Shown: in pieces, positions 28,580 to 38,289 of the stretch
How the letters are laid out: the number at the start of each line of letters is the position of its first letter
Numbering within the stretch: the stretch's first letter is position 1
Assembly (NCBI GenBank): GCA_965205335.1
Contig: OZ242164.1
Span: 1,088,001 to 1,152,000 of the forward strand
Reading direction: 5' to 3'
Source: Candidatus Woesearchaeota archaeon
GTDB taxonomy: Archaea; Nanobdellota; Nanobdellia; Woesearchaeales; UBA583
Length of the DNA stretch: 64,000 nt
Program-made: the position numbers and the translations under genes
The notes under the pieces: generated by a model
Told to the model about the DNA's origin: nothing
The model's input: only the letters and a program-made list of their open reading frames with translations
The model's database searches: none

Positions 28580-28880
28580 AATATAAAATTAAAACTTATT
28601 TTCATCTGTTTCATATGGGGAAAAAGATAAACCAATAAAATCATATGGAGCAGGAATAATTTCCATGAATGTCTGGGAGAATGTTAAGTTTGATTGCGGC
28701 AGTGAGTATCCAACCGATTCTAAGATAACAGAGTTTCTAAAGAAATATTATAATAGTTATTAATTTGGTTTTATTTTGAGAAAGTGTGGAGATACATATA
28801 AGAAAGTTGCAAATAATAGAAACAAAGTCCCTTAAGTGATTTTTAGGTTTCAGTTTGTTAGTTTGAAATAGAAGTTCTAT
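28580..28880 (+). pseudogene. Chimeric duplicate: promoter/5' end of the 30244 gene joined to a decayed copy of the rnhB 3' end
   Basis: 28580-28680 aligns to about 30205-30307; 28678-28880 aligns to 27162-27360 with internal stops. Confidence 0.88.
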
Positions 28881-28959
28881 TATGGAATTTTCTTTTATAG
28901 TTCATTTTTTAGTAAAGTAGTAACTAAATTATAAAAGTAAGAATTCTTTATGGTAGATT

Positions 28960-29415
28960 ATGGTTAAGAAAAGTCTTCCCAAAGTTAAGAAATCTCTTAA
29001 GTCATTTATTCTTGAGGAAGACGCTAAAGTGATAGATAAATCAATGGTCAAGATTGCTGTAGTTACTTCTTTTGCAGGGATTATGATTATTGATTCAATA
29101 GATGATGCAAACGCTTTGTTTAGTGATAAATATGATAAACATTGTCATAATAATGAACTAAACGTGATTTCCAATAAAACAAATATTCAGGGGATAAACC
29201 CAAATGATGCTAAATCTGGAGGATTGACAGGAAAATCAATCACAACTGTTCATGGAAATCACTTCAACCACGCAAATGGTAAAGTGTACAATTGGTGGGG
29301 GAGTGATGTACCAGATTGTGAAGTTCGTCTCAATATTGACGATTATAGGATGAGTACTCCAGAATTAGATCTTGAAAACAAGTATAATCCTGAATCAGAT
29401 GGAGATCAAGAATAA
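28960..29415 (+). CDS. Putative HxsA-like RiPP precursor with His-Xaa-Asn repeats
   Basis: Leader LPKVKKSLKSFILEEDAKV plus hydrophobic stretch ending ANA; core HCHNN and HGN-HFN-HAN. Confidence 0.7.
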   Translation: MVKKSLPKVKKSLKSFILEEDAKVIDKSMVKIAVVTSFAGIMIIDSIDDANALFSDKYDKHCHNNELNVISNKTNIQGINPNDAKSGGLTGKSITTVHGNHFNHANGKVYNWWGSDVPDCEVRLNIDDYRMSTPELDLENKYNPESDGDQE

Positions 29416-29724
29416 ATTTACCAAAGTCACTAGAAATTTGAAGAATTAAGAATTTCAACAATAGGATTAGTCTATAGTATAAAAAGATTATATTCAATTG
29501 AGAAAACTCTACTTTCTGATATACATAAGTCTTGCATACTCTTGTAATGGATTAATTCTATAAACTAATACTCTATGTATATAACATCTCCGTAATTTTC
29601 ATAATCATTATTTTTGTCTTCTCTTAATAGTTCTTTATATTGTTTATATCTGTAATCAGTTTTACATGAAGACTTTTTACTGTCTTTTTTCTTAGTTTAA
29701 ATTTGCAAAGTGCCTTGCTCCACT

Positions 29725-30126
29725 TTATAGGTTTTCAAGATATAATATTCTATCCCTTGCAATTTTAGTACTGTATGCAATTTCAAAATTAGAGGTTTTT
29801 ATGTTCTCTAAAAATGGAATGTCTTTATTTGAACTTATTGTTCCAAGTGAAATTAAACATTCGTGTTTGACAATTATTGATTTGTCGTTTTCAAATGTCT
29901 TTTTTATTAAGTTTATTGATTTTCTGCATGAGCCCATTTCCCCAATAGCAAATATTGCCTCATAACGGACAAGTTCGCAAGGTTCATTTTGAATAGTATT
30001 ATATAAAATGTTTAAGGATTTCAAATCTCCGATGTTCATTAGTTCAAAAATTGAAGCTATTTTAAGATAGGAGGGACTGTTTTTATCATTTATTATTTTA
30101 ATATGATAATTAAAATCCTTAGTCAT
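29725..30126 (-). CDS. HEAT/PBS-lyase repeat protein
   Basis: ELVRYEAIFAIGEMG and IIVKHECLISLGTI repeats. Confidence 0.8.
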   Translation of the reverse strand: MTKDFNYHIKIINDKNSPSYLKIASIFELMNIGDLKSLNILYNTIQNEPCELVRYEAIFAIGEMGSCRKSINLIKKTFENDKSIIVKHECLISLGTISSNKDIPFLENIKTSNFEIAYSTKIARDRILYLENL

Positions 30127-30243
30127 AAATTTAAATAATCAAATCCAAGTTAAAAATGTTGTTCTGTGTTTTAAAAAAAATTTAGGAATATGAAAAAAGT
30201 TTTTAATAAATATTAAATTAAAATCTGTCTTCATGTGTTTTAC

Positions 30244-30470
30244 ATGGAAAAAATAAACCAATAAAATCATATAGAGCAGGAGTAATCTCCCTAAATGTCT
30301 GGGAGAACGAATATGGCGAGGAAAAGATTAAATCATATTCATTTCAGAGATCATATAGGGATAAATCAGATAAGTGGCAACAAACACAAAGTCTAAGGTT
30401 ATCAGATCTTCCCAAGTTAATGGTTCTTTTAGAGGAAGCATATAAGGAACAGATAATTTCTGAGAATTAA
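30244..30470 (+). pseudogene. Small putative ssDNA-binding (PC4/Whirly-like) protein, frameshifted after codon 3
   Basis: KPIKSYRAGVISLNVWENE...SFQRSYRDKSDKWQQTQSLRLSDLPKL; ATG-to-stop span is 227 nt, one base short of a full frame. Confidence 0.7.
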
Positions 30471-30483
30471 ATTTGGAGAAATA

Positions 30484-30555
30484 AGCGCCTAGCGCGATTT
30501 GAACACGCGACCTGCGGTTTACAAGACCGCCGCTCTACCACTGAGCTATAGACGC
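30484..30555 (-). tRNA. tRNA-Thr(TGT)
   Basis: Reverse-complement cloverleaf; GCGGT-CT-TGT-AA-ACCGC. Confidence 0.96.
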
Positions 30556-30654
30556 ATAATAGAAATAGTGCAGTTTTCTTTAAAAATATTTTCATAATGC
30601 CGACTTTGTATAACAAGCAATTTCCGTATGAACAATAATAATTATAAGGAGTAA

Positions 30655-30948
30655 TTAATTAAACTTTTCTTTAATTTTTTGTTCAAGTTCTTCTTTTGGT
30701 TCATTCACATTAATATTAATTTGAGTATTATTAATTATTATTGTCGTGTTTGACTCTTGCTTTTGTTTTAAATATAGTCTAATGGCAAGAGTAAGTCCTA
30801 TAACTATTTCTATTGTTAAATTAATATCTATATCAAAAGAAATATTAAAGCCAAGACTTTCCCTAAGTCTTATTTTAAAAGGCACATCCTTATCTTTTAG
30901 ATAATCCTGAATTGTACCCTTGTTTTGAGTATTACATTTGATTTCCAT
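30655..30948 (-). CDS. Hypothetical protein
   Basis: 97-aa ORF with TATA-like element upstream. Confidence 0.55.
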   Translation of the reverse strand: MEIKCNTQNKGTIQDYLKDKDVPFKIRLRESLGFNISFDIDINLTIEIVIGLTLAIRLYLKQKQESNTTIIINNTQININVNEPKEELEQKIKEKFN

Positions 30949-31007
30949 AAAATAAAGATAAAACTTCTACTATTTAAATATATTTAAAATTAAGTTCAAA
31001 TAAAATA

Positions 31008-31499
31008 TCATTTCTTCTTTTTGTATTTTCTAAATGTGAAATCTTCAAATTCTTTTTCTTCAATTATTTTGTAATTGTCTTTGTTGAATTTGGGAAAATA
31101 AATGTCTCCTTCATAGTTTTTTTTGACGTGGGAGATGTATAAGTAAGTTGCATTGTCAATCATCTGCTCATATATTTTAGAGCCTCCAATTACAAAGATT
31201 TCTCCTTTATATTTTTTAGCTTCTTTTAGGGCATTATCAATGCTTGGGCATACAATTCCTCCCTCTGCTTTGTAATTTAAATCCCTCGTTAAAATGATAT
31301 TTGTTCTGTTTGGAAGGGGTCTGAATTTTTTAGGGAGGGACTCCCAAGTTACTCTTCCCATTATAACAACATTATTCATTGTTGCTTTTTTGAATAGTTT
31401 AAAATCTTCAGGCATGTACCACAGAATTTTCGCCCCATCACCAATTACATAATTTTTGGAAATTGCGGCAATAACACTATATTCAACCATAGAATTCAT
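31008..31499 (-). CDS. folA: Dihydrofolate reductase
   Basis: IAAISKNYVIG, VIMGRVTWESLP, RPLPNRTNIILTR, VIGGSKIY, GDIYFP. Confidence 0.97.
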   Translation of the reverse strand: MNSMVEYSVIAAISKNYVIGDGAKILWYMPEDFKLFKKATMNNVVIMGRVTWESLPKKFRPLPNRTNIILTRDLNYKAEGGIVCPSIDNALKEAKKYKGEIFVIGGSKIYEQMIDNATYLYISHVKKNYEGDIYFPKFNKDNYKIIEEKEFEDFTFRKYKKKK

Positions 31500-31528
31500 C
31501 TAAATAAATTTCTTTATAATATTTCTTA

Positions 31529-32620
31529 TTACGTTTTAGGAATAATTTTAAAAACAGCTAATTCGTTAGAAGTTCCAAGTCTCATTTTAGGTCCCCAAAG
31601 TCCAACACCATCTGATGTGTATAGGATAAACTCATCAATTTTAACTAAACCTGATGGGTAGTCAAAAAATAGTTTGAGCATTAGAGTATATGGGAAAATC
31701 TGCCCTCCATGTGTATGCCCTGTAATCATTATATCAACCCCTGAATTTTTAGCGGTTAAGACTTCTGAGGGTTTGTGGTATAAGAGTAAATTAAGTTTTT
31801 GAGAATCTATTAATTGAGGGTTTTTGTTTAGGATAGTTTCTAAGTGATTGTTATAATTTGAGTCATCAGCTCCAAGTAAATTTATTTCTTCAAATGCATG
31901 GCTTTTATTTCTAAGTACTATATAATGTCTGTTTGTGATATCTAATATTTTGTCGTAATCATGATAGAATTCATGATTTCCCAAAGTGAAATATACTGGT
32001 ACATCAAAGTTTAATAAGGGTTCTAAGTCTTCTTCTTTAAAGTTTCGGGTGTCAATAAAGTCACCTGTGAAAACAATAAAATCAATATCTTCTGTGTTAA
32101 TTATATTGTTGGACAATTCTTGTATTTCTTTAAGATGATAATCACCAATACTTCCATATTGAGGGTCTGTTATTTGAAGGATGTTATATTCTCTTGAAAC
32201 TTTGTCTGACTGTATTTCGTATTTATGGGTTTTAATTGGCAGTTCAAATGTAATTATTGAGATTAAAACAATGATTGCAAGAAAAATAGTGAAACATTTT
32301 CCTAAGCTAAATTTTAGTTTAATTTTAAAGAATTTAAGAGATATGTTAGTTATGTGATATATTAGGTAGACTGGCAGAGCAAGGGCTAAAATTCCTATAT
32401 AATAGTTTGTGAGTTGAGATAGTGTGAAAAAGATTTTTCCTGAGCCAAATTCTCCAAATAGTATTAGAATGAATATGGATATTGAGACATACAAGGATAT
32501 GAGGAATGCTTTTTTTTTGCCTTTGTAATATATTGTAATAATGCTCTTGTAAAAGAAATAATTTAAAAAACACCATACAGAAAAAAATAATGCGAAAAAT
32601 ATGAGTACTCTTATATTCAT
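31529..32620 (-). CDS. Membrane-anchored metallophosphoesterase (YkuE-like)
   Basis: N-terminal TM helices; TGDFID, LGNHE, GHTHGGQ. Confidence 0.92.
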   Translation of the reverse strand: MNIRVLIFFALFFSVWCFLNYFFYKSIITIYYKGKKKAFLISLYVSISIFILILFGEFGSGKIFFTLSQLTNYYIGILALALPVYLIYHITNISLKFFKIKLKFSLGKCFTIFLAIIVLISIITFELPIKTHKYEIQSDKVSREYNILQITDPQYGSIGDYHLKEIQELSNNIINTEDIDFIVFTGDFIDTRNFKEEDLEPLLNFDVPVYFTLGNHEFYHDYDKILDITNRHYIVLRNKSHAFEEINLLGADDSNYNNHLETILNKNPQLIDSQKLNLLLYHKPSEVLTAKNSGVDIMITGHTHGGQIFPYTLMLKLFFDYPSGLVKIDEFILYTSDGVGLWGPKMRLGTSNELAVFKIIPKT

Positions 32621-32623
32621 TCT

Positions 32624-33616
32624 TTATACAGCAATTGGAGCTTTGATTGGAGATTGGGATTTGTAATTAGTAACTTCAAGGTCATCAAATTTAAAGTCTT
32701 CAATTTTTTTCTGTCCTCTGTCTTTGATTATTAATTTTGGAGGGTTGAAACTTTCTCTTGATAATTGTTCTTTTACTTGTTCTATGTGGTTTAGATAGAT
32801 GTGAACGTCTCCTCCTGTCCATACAAATTCACCTACTTCTAAGTTGCATATTTCTGCGATGATGTGAACGAGAAGTGAGTAGGATGCAATGTTAAATGGT
32901 ACTCCTAAGAATGTGTCGCAGGATCTTTGGTATAATTGGGCAGATAGTTTTCCATCATTTACATAGAACTGGTATAAGCAGTGACAGGGTGGAAGTCCGG
33001 ATTTAACCATTTTGGGAACATCATTTGCATTCCAAGCTGAAACTATTAGTCTTCTTGAGTTTGGGTTTGTTTTAATTTGTTCTATTACATCTTTTATTTG
33101 ATCTACCCCATTGAAATCTCTCCATTGTTTTCCATAAACTGGTCCAAGTTCTCCCCATTTTTTGGAGAATTTGTCATCAGAGATAATTTTTGAGACAAAG
33201 TTTTTCATTTCCTCTTTCCATTCGTCCGAGTATTTTGGGAATTTTTTTTCTAATTTATTTTCTTTTAGATAATTCTGGAAGGGCCATTCGTTCCATATTC
33301 CAACTTTGTTCTCGCATAAGTAACGGATGTTAGTGTCTCCTCTTAGAAACCACAGGAGTTCATGAAATATTCCTTTGTAGAAAACTTTTTTGGTTGTAAG
33401 AAGTGGAAATCCTTTTGATAAGTCAAATCTCATCTGGTATCCAAAAATACTTATTGTTCCAACTCCTGTTCTGTCTCCTTTTTTATTTCCATTGTTTAAA
33501 ATGTGTTTTAGGAGTTTGTGATATTCTCTGTCAAAATCGTTTAAGTTGTTCATATCTTGGTTTAAGGGCGATTTCTTGTTTGGTTTTTTAATCATGTATA
33601 GTTTAGGTAATTTCAT
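32624..33616 (-). CDS. thyA: Thymidylate synthase (bacterial long form)
   Basis: [35 protein letters not shown]; start may be at 33553. Confidence 0.98.
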   Translation of the reverse strand: MKLPKLYMIKKPNKKSPLNQDMNNLNDFDREYHKLLKHILNNGNKKGDRTGVGTISIFGYQMRFDLSKGFPLLTTKKVFYKGIFHELLWFLRGDTNIRYLCENKVGIWNEWPFQNYLKENKLEKKFPKYSDEWKEEMKNFVSKIISDDKFSKKWGELGPVYGKQWRDFNGVDQIKDVIEQIKTNPNSRRLIVSAWNANDVPKMVKSGLPPCHCLYQFYVNDGKLSAQLYQRSCDTFLGVPFNIASYSLLVHIIAEICNLEVGEFVWTGGDVHIYLNHIEQVKEQLSRESFNPPKLIIKDRGQKKIEDFKFDDLEVTNYKSQSPIKAPIAV

Positions 33617-33848
33617 ATACGTAGTTAACTATTAATCCTTTATTAAATTTTTGTTGTGGGAATGTTTAAGTCTGTGAAAAGATGTAAGTTTTTTGAATTT
33701 AAGGACAGGAAAAGAAAAATATTTCATTTGATACATTTGAAATTAATTATATGTGTTTTTAGAATTATTTTTTTATTTTCTTTTAATTTTTAATAGAAAA
33801 ATAGAAAATAATAGTTAAATTCATAAATAATTAGATATTTATACATTT

Positions 33849-35058
33849 ATGATAATTCAATTTCAAACTAAAGAATTATGGTTCATATAAAGATGAACAA
33901 ATCCTCGATTTCACCAAGAAATCAAAAGAAAAAAGCGGAATTAAATCTGTTAATAAAATTAACAATCTCGAAATATTAAAAGTTGTAGGATTAGTTGGGG
34001 TTAATGGTTCAGGTAAGAGTTTATTACTCAAAGGACTGGACTTTATGAAAGCAATGGTTTTAAATTCACACGCTCATAATGTCAATACAAATATTAATTA
34101 CTTTCCTTTCTTAAACTATGATGGAAAACCAATTGAATTTGAAATTAATTTTATTGCAGAAAATAAAAAATACTCTTATGGATTTTCTTATACTAACAAA
34201 GAAATAATTACGGAATTTCTTGAAGTACATGAATCTCAAAAGCCAACAAGGGTATTTTTTAGAGATGAAAAGGACTTAGAAAATAGATTTAAGATTAACG
34301 AGAGATATAAAAGTGAGTTAAAGCCCTTATCTTATAATGTAATCTCTCAAACTTTAATGGTTTCAAGGGCGGTTCAATTGAATTCAAAAATTCTAAAGCC
34401 TGTGTTTGATTTCTTTAATAGAATAGTTGATATTCAGAATTTATTTAATGCTCCTGTGGATTTCTCTTTGCTAGAAGATAAAAAACAAAAGGAAAGTTTG
34501 TTAGATAAATTATCTTATGCAGACTTTTCAGTTTACGATTTAGAGTTAGTTAAAGAGAAAATAAAACAAGTTTCTCTGTTAGAGATTAATGTTGGCAATA
34601 AACCAGATATTAAAAAAAATATCCAAGAAATAGATATAAGTAATTTGTTATTGTTTCATGAGAACGATAAAAAAAATATAAAAGTTAAATTTAACTTTGA
34701 ATCAACTGGAACTCAAAAGTTTATTCTAATATTTTACAATCTATTAAAATTGTCAGAAGATTCAATTATATTGTTTGATGAAATTGAGAACTCTTTTAAT
34801 ATTGAGATAGTGGAATATATAATAAAATACTTTAATAAAAGTAAGAGTAACCAACTTTTATTTACAACTCATCAACCAGATATTTTAAATTATTTAAGAT
34901 CTGACCAAATTAATATTATTGAGAAAAAAAATAGTGTGAGTGAGATAATTAACTTACATAAAATAGTCAAGAACAACCCCAAAATTAACAAGAACTACGG
35001 AGATTATTACAGAGAAGGAGTTTTAGGGGGTTTTCCAAATGTCTATAAAGAAGATTAA
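33849..35058 (+). pseudogene. AAA_21-family ATPase (RloA/AbiL-like), frameshifted near codon 8
   Basis: MIIQFQT, then +1 frame KNYGSYKDEQILDF...Walker A GVNGSGKS (upstream of the tracked 34045 start), ESTGTQK, FDEIE, QLLFTTH, YREGVLGGFP. Confidence 0.85.
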
Positions 35059-35536
35059 AAAAATAATTCAAATATATTGTGAAGGCATTTCTGAAAAAAA
35101 TTATTTTGAAGCACTAAAAGGTAATAATACAATTAGTGAATCTTATGTTCTAAAACCAAATTCAAGTGAAAAAGATTTGAATAATGCAATTAAGAAATAT
35201 GAGAGTGAAAAGCCTAATAAGGAATCTAGATTAAGTGGTGTTGACATTATAGGAGTATTTGTTTATGACTCAGATACATTTAATTTAGGTCTTAAAATAA
35301 TAAGTGAGAAAATTGAAAAATATAAAGAACAAATATATTTTAGTGAAGAGAATTTTGAAGATTTTTTAAGATGTCACAAAACTACAAGATTTTATCGTGA
35401 TAGAAAACCTCATTTAAGTAGGGAACTGATTGAAGAGATAAGAAATCTTGATTCTGAATATGTTAGAAGAAATTTAAATAAACCTAATAGATTTAGCGAT
35501 TTCAAATCTATTAGGTTTATTAATAGAATTATTTGA
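35039..35536 (+). CDS. RloB-like (TOPRIM) protein
   Basis: IYCEGISEKNYF, FVYDSD, SEENFE; overlaps the ATPase stop. Confidence 0.8.
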   Translation: MSIKKIKKIIQIYCEGISEKNYFEALKGNNTISESYVLKPNSSEKDLNNAIKKYESEKPNKESRLSGVDIIGVFVYDSDTFNLGLKIISEKIEKYKEQIYFSEENFEDFLRCHKTTRFYRDRKPHLSRELIEEIRNLDSEYVRRNLNKPNRFSDFKSIRFINRII

Positions 35537-35563
35537 AGGGAAATTATGAAAAATTAATTTTAA

Positions 35564-36568
35564 CTATTTTTCATTTGAAATTATTCTTTTTGGGTAGACT
35601 CCTATGTCCATGAAAGTTTTATGTGTTTTAATAAAGAGCCCTTTTTCTTTGTTCATTACATCCCTGCTTGTTAAAAGAGATTCTCCTATTGCAATTAGTT
35701 CCCCTTTTAATGAGAATATAGCAACTTCTTCACCAATTTGTATTCCATCATCTAATTTGGAAACTCCTGGTATTGCTAAATTGTGCCCGTGAGATAGAGA
35801 GTCAATGCAGTTATCAAAGACATATACTTTTCTGAATTCTTTTAATATTTCTTCCATTGGTCTTATGTATTTGCAAAGTTCTTTTTCAATAATTTCGTTT
35901 TCGTTTTTAACTTCTTTATGTAACTCCCATAAATTGCGTAATTTATCTAAACTAATTATATTGTCAGATTCCGTAAAGGGACCTGCTTTAATGCGTCTTA
36001 GTTCAATCATCTGACCGCCAACTTTTAATGATTCAGCCATATCAGAACAAAGTTTTCTTATGTAAGTTCCATGCTGGCAGGATACTTCAAATAAAATGTA
36101 TTTGTTATCATCTGTTTTGTCAAGAATTTTTAGAGAATATATTTCTCTTTCACGCTCTTCTCGTTTTACCGCACTAATTATTGGAGGGGTTTGTTTAATT
36201 CTGCCCGTAAATTTATTAAAGACTTGGTTTAAATTCTCATCAGATACTTCTTTGTGCAGATACATAAGGCATATGTAAACTTTATCTGATTTAAGCATGT
36301 ATTCCATTAAACGTGTTGCTCTGCCTAAACCAATTACTAAAACTCCGCTAACTTTTGGGTCAAGTGTGCCAGAGTGTCCTGCTTTATCACATCCAAGTAA
36401 ATTGCAAATAAAATCAGCATTTTGATGAGAGGTAGAACCACAGTCTTTATCAATAATAACAAAACCTCTTTTAATCAATTCATAGATATTTAATTTGGTG
36501 ACATATTGTCCATAAGAGTCATTTGTTTCTTCAATGGATTTTATTAGGAGTTTAGAGCCTGATTTCAT
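35564..36568 (-). CDS. cbf5: H/ACA pseudouridine synthase Cbf5
   Basis: GHSGTLDPKVSG, GTYIRKLC, PUA domain. Confidence 0.97.
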   Translation of the reverse strand: MKSGSKLLIKSIEETNDSYGQYVTKLNIYELIKRGFVIIDKDCGSTSHQNADFICNLLGCDKAGHSGTLDPKVSGVLVIGLGRATRLMEYMLKSDKVYICLMYLHKEVSDENLNQVFNKFTGRIKQTPPIISAVKREEREREIYSLKILDKTDDNKYILFEVSCQHGTYIRKLCSDMAESLKVGGQMIELRRIKAGPFTESDNIISLDKLRNLWELHKEVKNENEIIEKELCKYIRPMEEILKEFRKVYVFDNCIDSLSHGHNLAIPGVSKLDDGIQIGEEVAIFSLKGELIAIGESLLTSRDVMNKEKGLFIKTHKTFMDIGVYPKRIISNEK

Positions 36569-36659
36569 AAATAATGCAAAGAGAATTCTTTTATAAGGTT
36601 TACTTAACAGGAAAAACAGGAAAACAAGATTTATAAATGCGATTTCACTTTTTATTTTT

Positions 36660-37181
36660 ATGTTCTATAAAATTAAATTGAAAGATTACGTGGATTTAAG
36701 CCCTGATTTGTTTAAAGGAGATTTGAATGAGTCAGTTAGGGAACAATTGCTAAGAAATTATAAGAATAAGACAACAGAGGATTTGGGAATGGTTGTTACA
36801 ATTGATAGTGTGGATGATGTTGGAGAGGGTTTTAAATTGCCAGAAGATGCTTCAAGGCATTATGTGGTTGAGTTTACAGCTATTGTTTATAAACCTGAAC
36901 TTCATGAAGTTGTTGAGGGTGAGGTTAGCAGTGTTACAAATTTTGGGATGTTTGTTAATCTTGGAATTATTGATGGATTAGTTCATTTGTCTCAGACTAT
37001 GGTAGATCAGGTATCTTTTAGTAAGACAGGAAGTATTTTAGGAGCTCAGAGTGGACAGACACTAAAAGCGGGAGATCAAGTTAGAGCAAGTGTTGTTGCA
37101 ATTTCGTTTAAGGATATTAGAGATGTTAAGGTTGGTTTAACTATGAGACAACCTGGGTTGGGGGCTCTTGATTGGTTATAA
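36660..37181 (+). CDS. rpoE1: RNA polymerase subunit Rpo7 (E')
   Basis: YKPELHEVVEG, FGMFVNLG..DGLVHLSQ, GLTMRQPGLG. Confidence 0.97.
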   Translation: MFYKIKLKDYVDLSPDLFKGDLNESVREQLLRNYKNKTTEDLGMVVTIDSVDDVGEGFKLPEDASRHYVVEFTAIVYKPELHEVVEGEVSSVTNFGMFVNLGIIDGLVHLSQTMVDQVSFSKTGSILGAQSGQTLKAGDQVRASVVAISFKDIRDVKVGLTMRQPGLGALDWL

Positions 37182-37182
37182 A

Positions 37183-37371
37183 ATGGCAGGTAAAAATGTT
37201 TGTAAGGAATGTGGATATTTTACAGATGATAAAAAATGTCCTTCATGTGGAAGTTCTGGGTTTGCTGAAAAACACAAAGGTGCAGTTCTTATTTTTGATT
37301 TAGATGAATCAGAAGTTGCAAAGAAGATTAATGCAGAACTATCAGGGAAGTATGCCCTAAAATTTAATTGA
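37183..37371 (+). CDS. spt4: Transcription elongation factor Spt4 (RpoE'')
   Basis: CKECG..CPSCG, SEVAKK..GKYAL. Confidence 0.94.
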   Translation: MAGKNVCKECGYFTDDKKCPSCGSSGFAEKHKGAVLIFDLDESEVAKKINAELSGKYALKFN

Positions 37372-37376
37372 TTTCT

Positions 37377-37865
37377 ATGATAAAATCTAATTTTAATTTC
37401 ACTAAATTGAAAACTTCTAAGGTTAAGGAGTTATTAGGTAGTCTGGAAGTAATTTATGGATGTAAGTTAGATGAGTTGTATTCTTATGATTTTTTTATAA
37501 ATTCTAAAAATAAGGTGTATGTGTTTAGCGGTAATTTAAATGGTTTTGATATGAAAAGAGTTAATTTAATTGGTTTGTATTTTGGGACTTATCATAGTGA
37601 TTCTAAGTTTCGTTTGAGTATTGAGGGTAGTAAGTTTGTTAATCCAAAGAAGAATTTTGTTGTTTTAAAGGAGAAGTTTTTGAAAAATTATTTAGCGTCA
37701 GAAAATTTGTTTTTAGAGGAGATTGAAGAGGACAAGTCGCAGGAGAGTGTTTTTTTGATTGTTAAGTGCTCTGGTGAGAATTTAGGTTGCGTTTCTAAGA
37801 AAGAGAATTTGTATATTAATTATATTCCCAAGTCAAGAAAACTTGAGTTTAATAGGGTTTTTTAA
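37377..37865 (+). CDS. NIP7/RsmF-C-terminal-like PUA protein
   Basis: GLYFG..FRLSIEG, LGC..NYIPKSRK. Confidence 0.6.
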   Translation: MIKSNFNFTKLKTSKVKELLGSLEVIYGCKLDELYSYDFFINSKNKVYVFSGNLNGFDMKRVNLIGLYFGTYHSDSKFRLSIEGSKFVNPKKNFVVLKEKFLKNYLASENLFLEEIEEDKSQESVFLIVKCSGENLGCVSKKENLYINYIPKSRKLEFNRVF

Positions 37866-37906
37866 TTTAGATAATTTTTTAAATTTGGGATTTTATGTAT
37901 TTATAA

Positions 37907-38209
37907 ATGAAAAATAAAGAACGCAAGAGTCTTCAATTGAAATATGCAAGGGAGAATATTAATTTTTTTTTTAGATTGCTTGAGAAAAGGTTTTGTGCTG
38001 AGTATGATAAGATGTATGTTCGTGAGATAAAGAGGTTGTCTGAGGGATTTAATATAAGGTTGAGCCGAGAGGAGAAATTAAAATTTTGTAAGAGGTGTAA
38101 TTTGTACTGGGATTCTAAGTCGCATGAAATCAGATTTGATTCAGATAGTAATGTAAAGGAGTATATTTGCAAGAATTGTTCATATGTTAGAAGGTTTAGG
38201 TATAAGTGA
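37907..38209 (+). CDS. rnp4: RNase P protein Rpp21
   Basis: ARENINFFF, FCKRC..ICKNC..RRFRY zinc ribbon. Confidence 0.85.
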   Translation: MKNKERKSLQLKYARENINFFFRLLEKRFCAEYDKMYVREIKRLSEGFNIRLSREEKLKFCKRCNLYWDSKSHEIRFDSDSNVKEYICKNCSYVRRFRYK

Positions 38210-38289
38210 TAATTTAGGAGTTTATTTTTGATATTTTGGTTTTTGTCAAATTCTTAATGTTTATAAAAAGGAAAATCTTAGCAAAAGTT

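Noticed and set aside
29420-29720. Possible additional small peptide gene downstream of the HxN precursor
   Set aside because: Only stop-interrupted minus-strand fragments with no recognisable motif.
30484-30555. tRNA-Thr (and tRNA-Glu) as att sites of integrated elements
   Set aside because: No duplicated tRNA 3' end and no integrase seen in the window.
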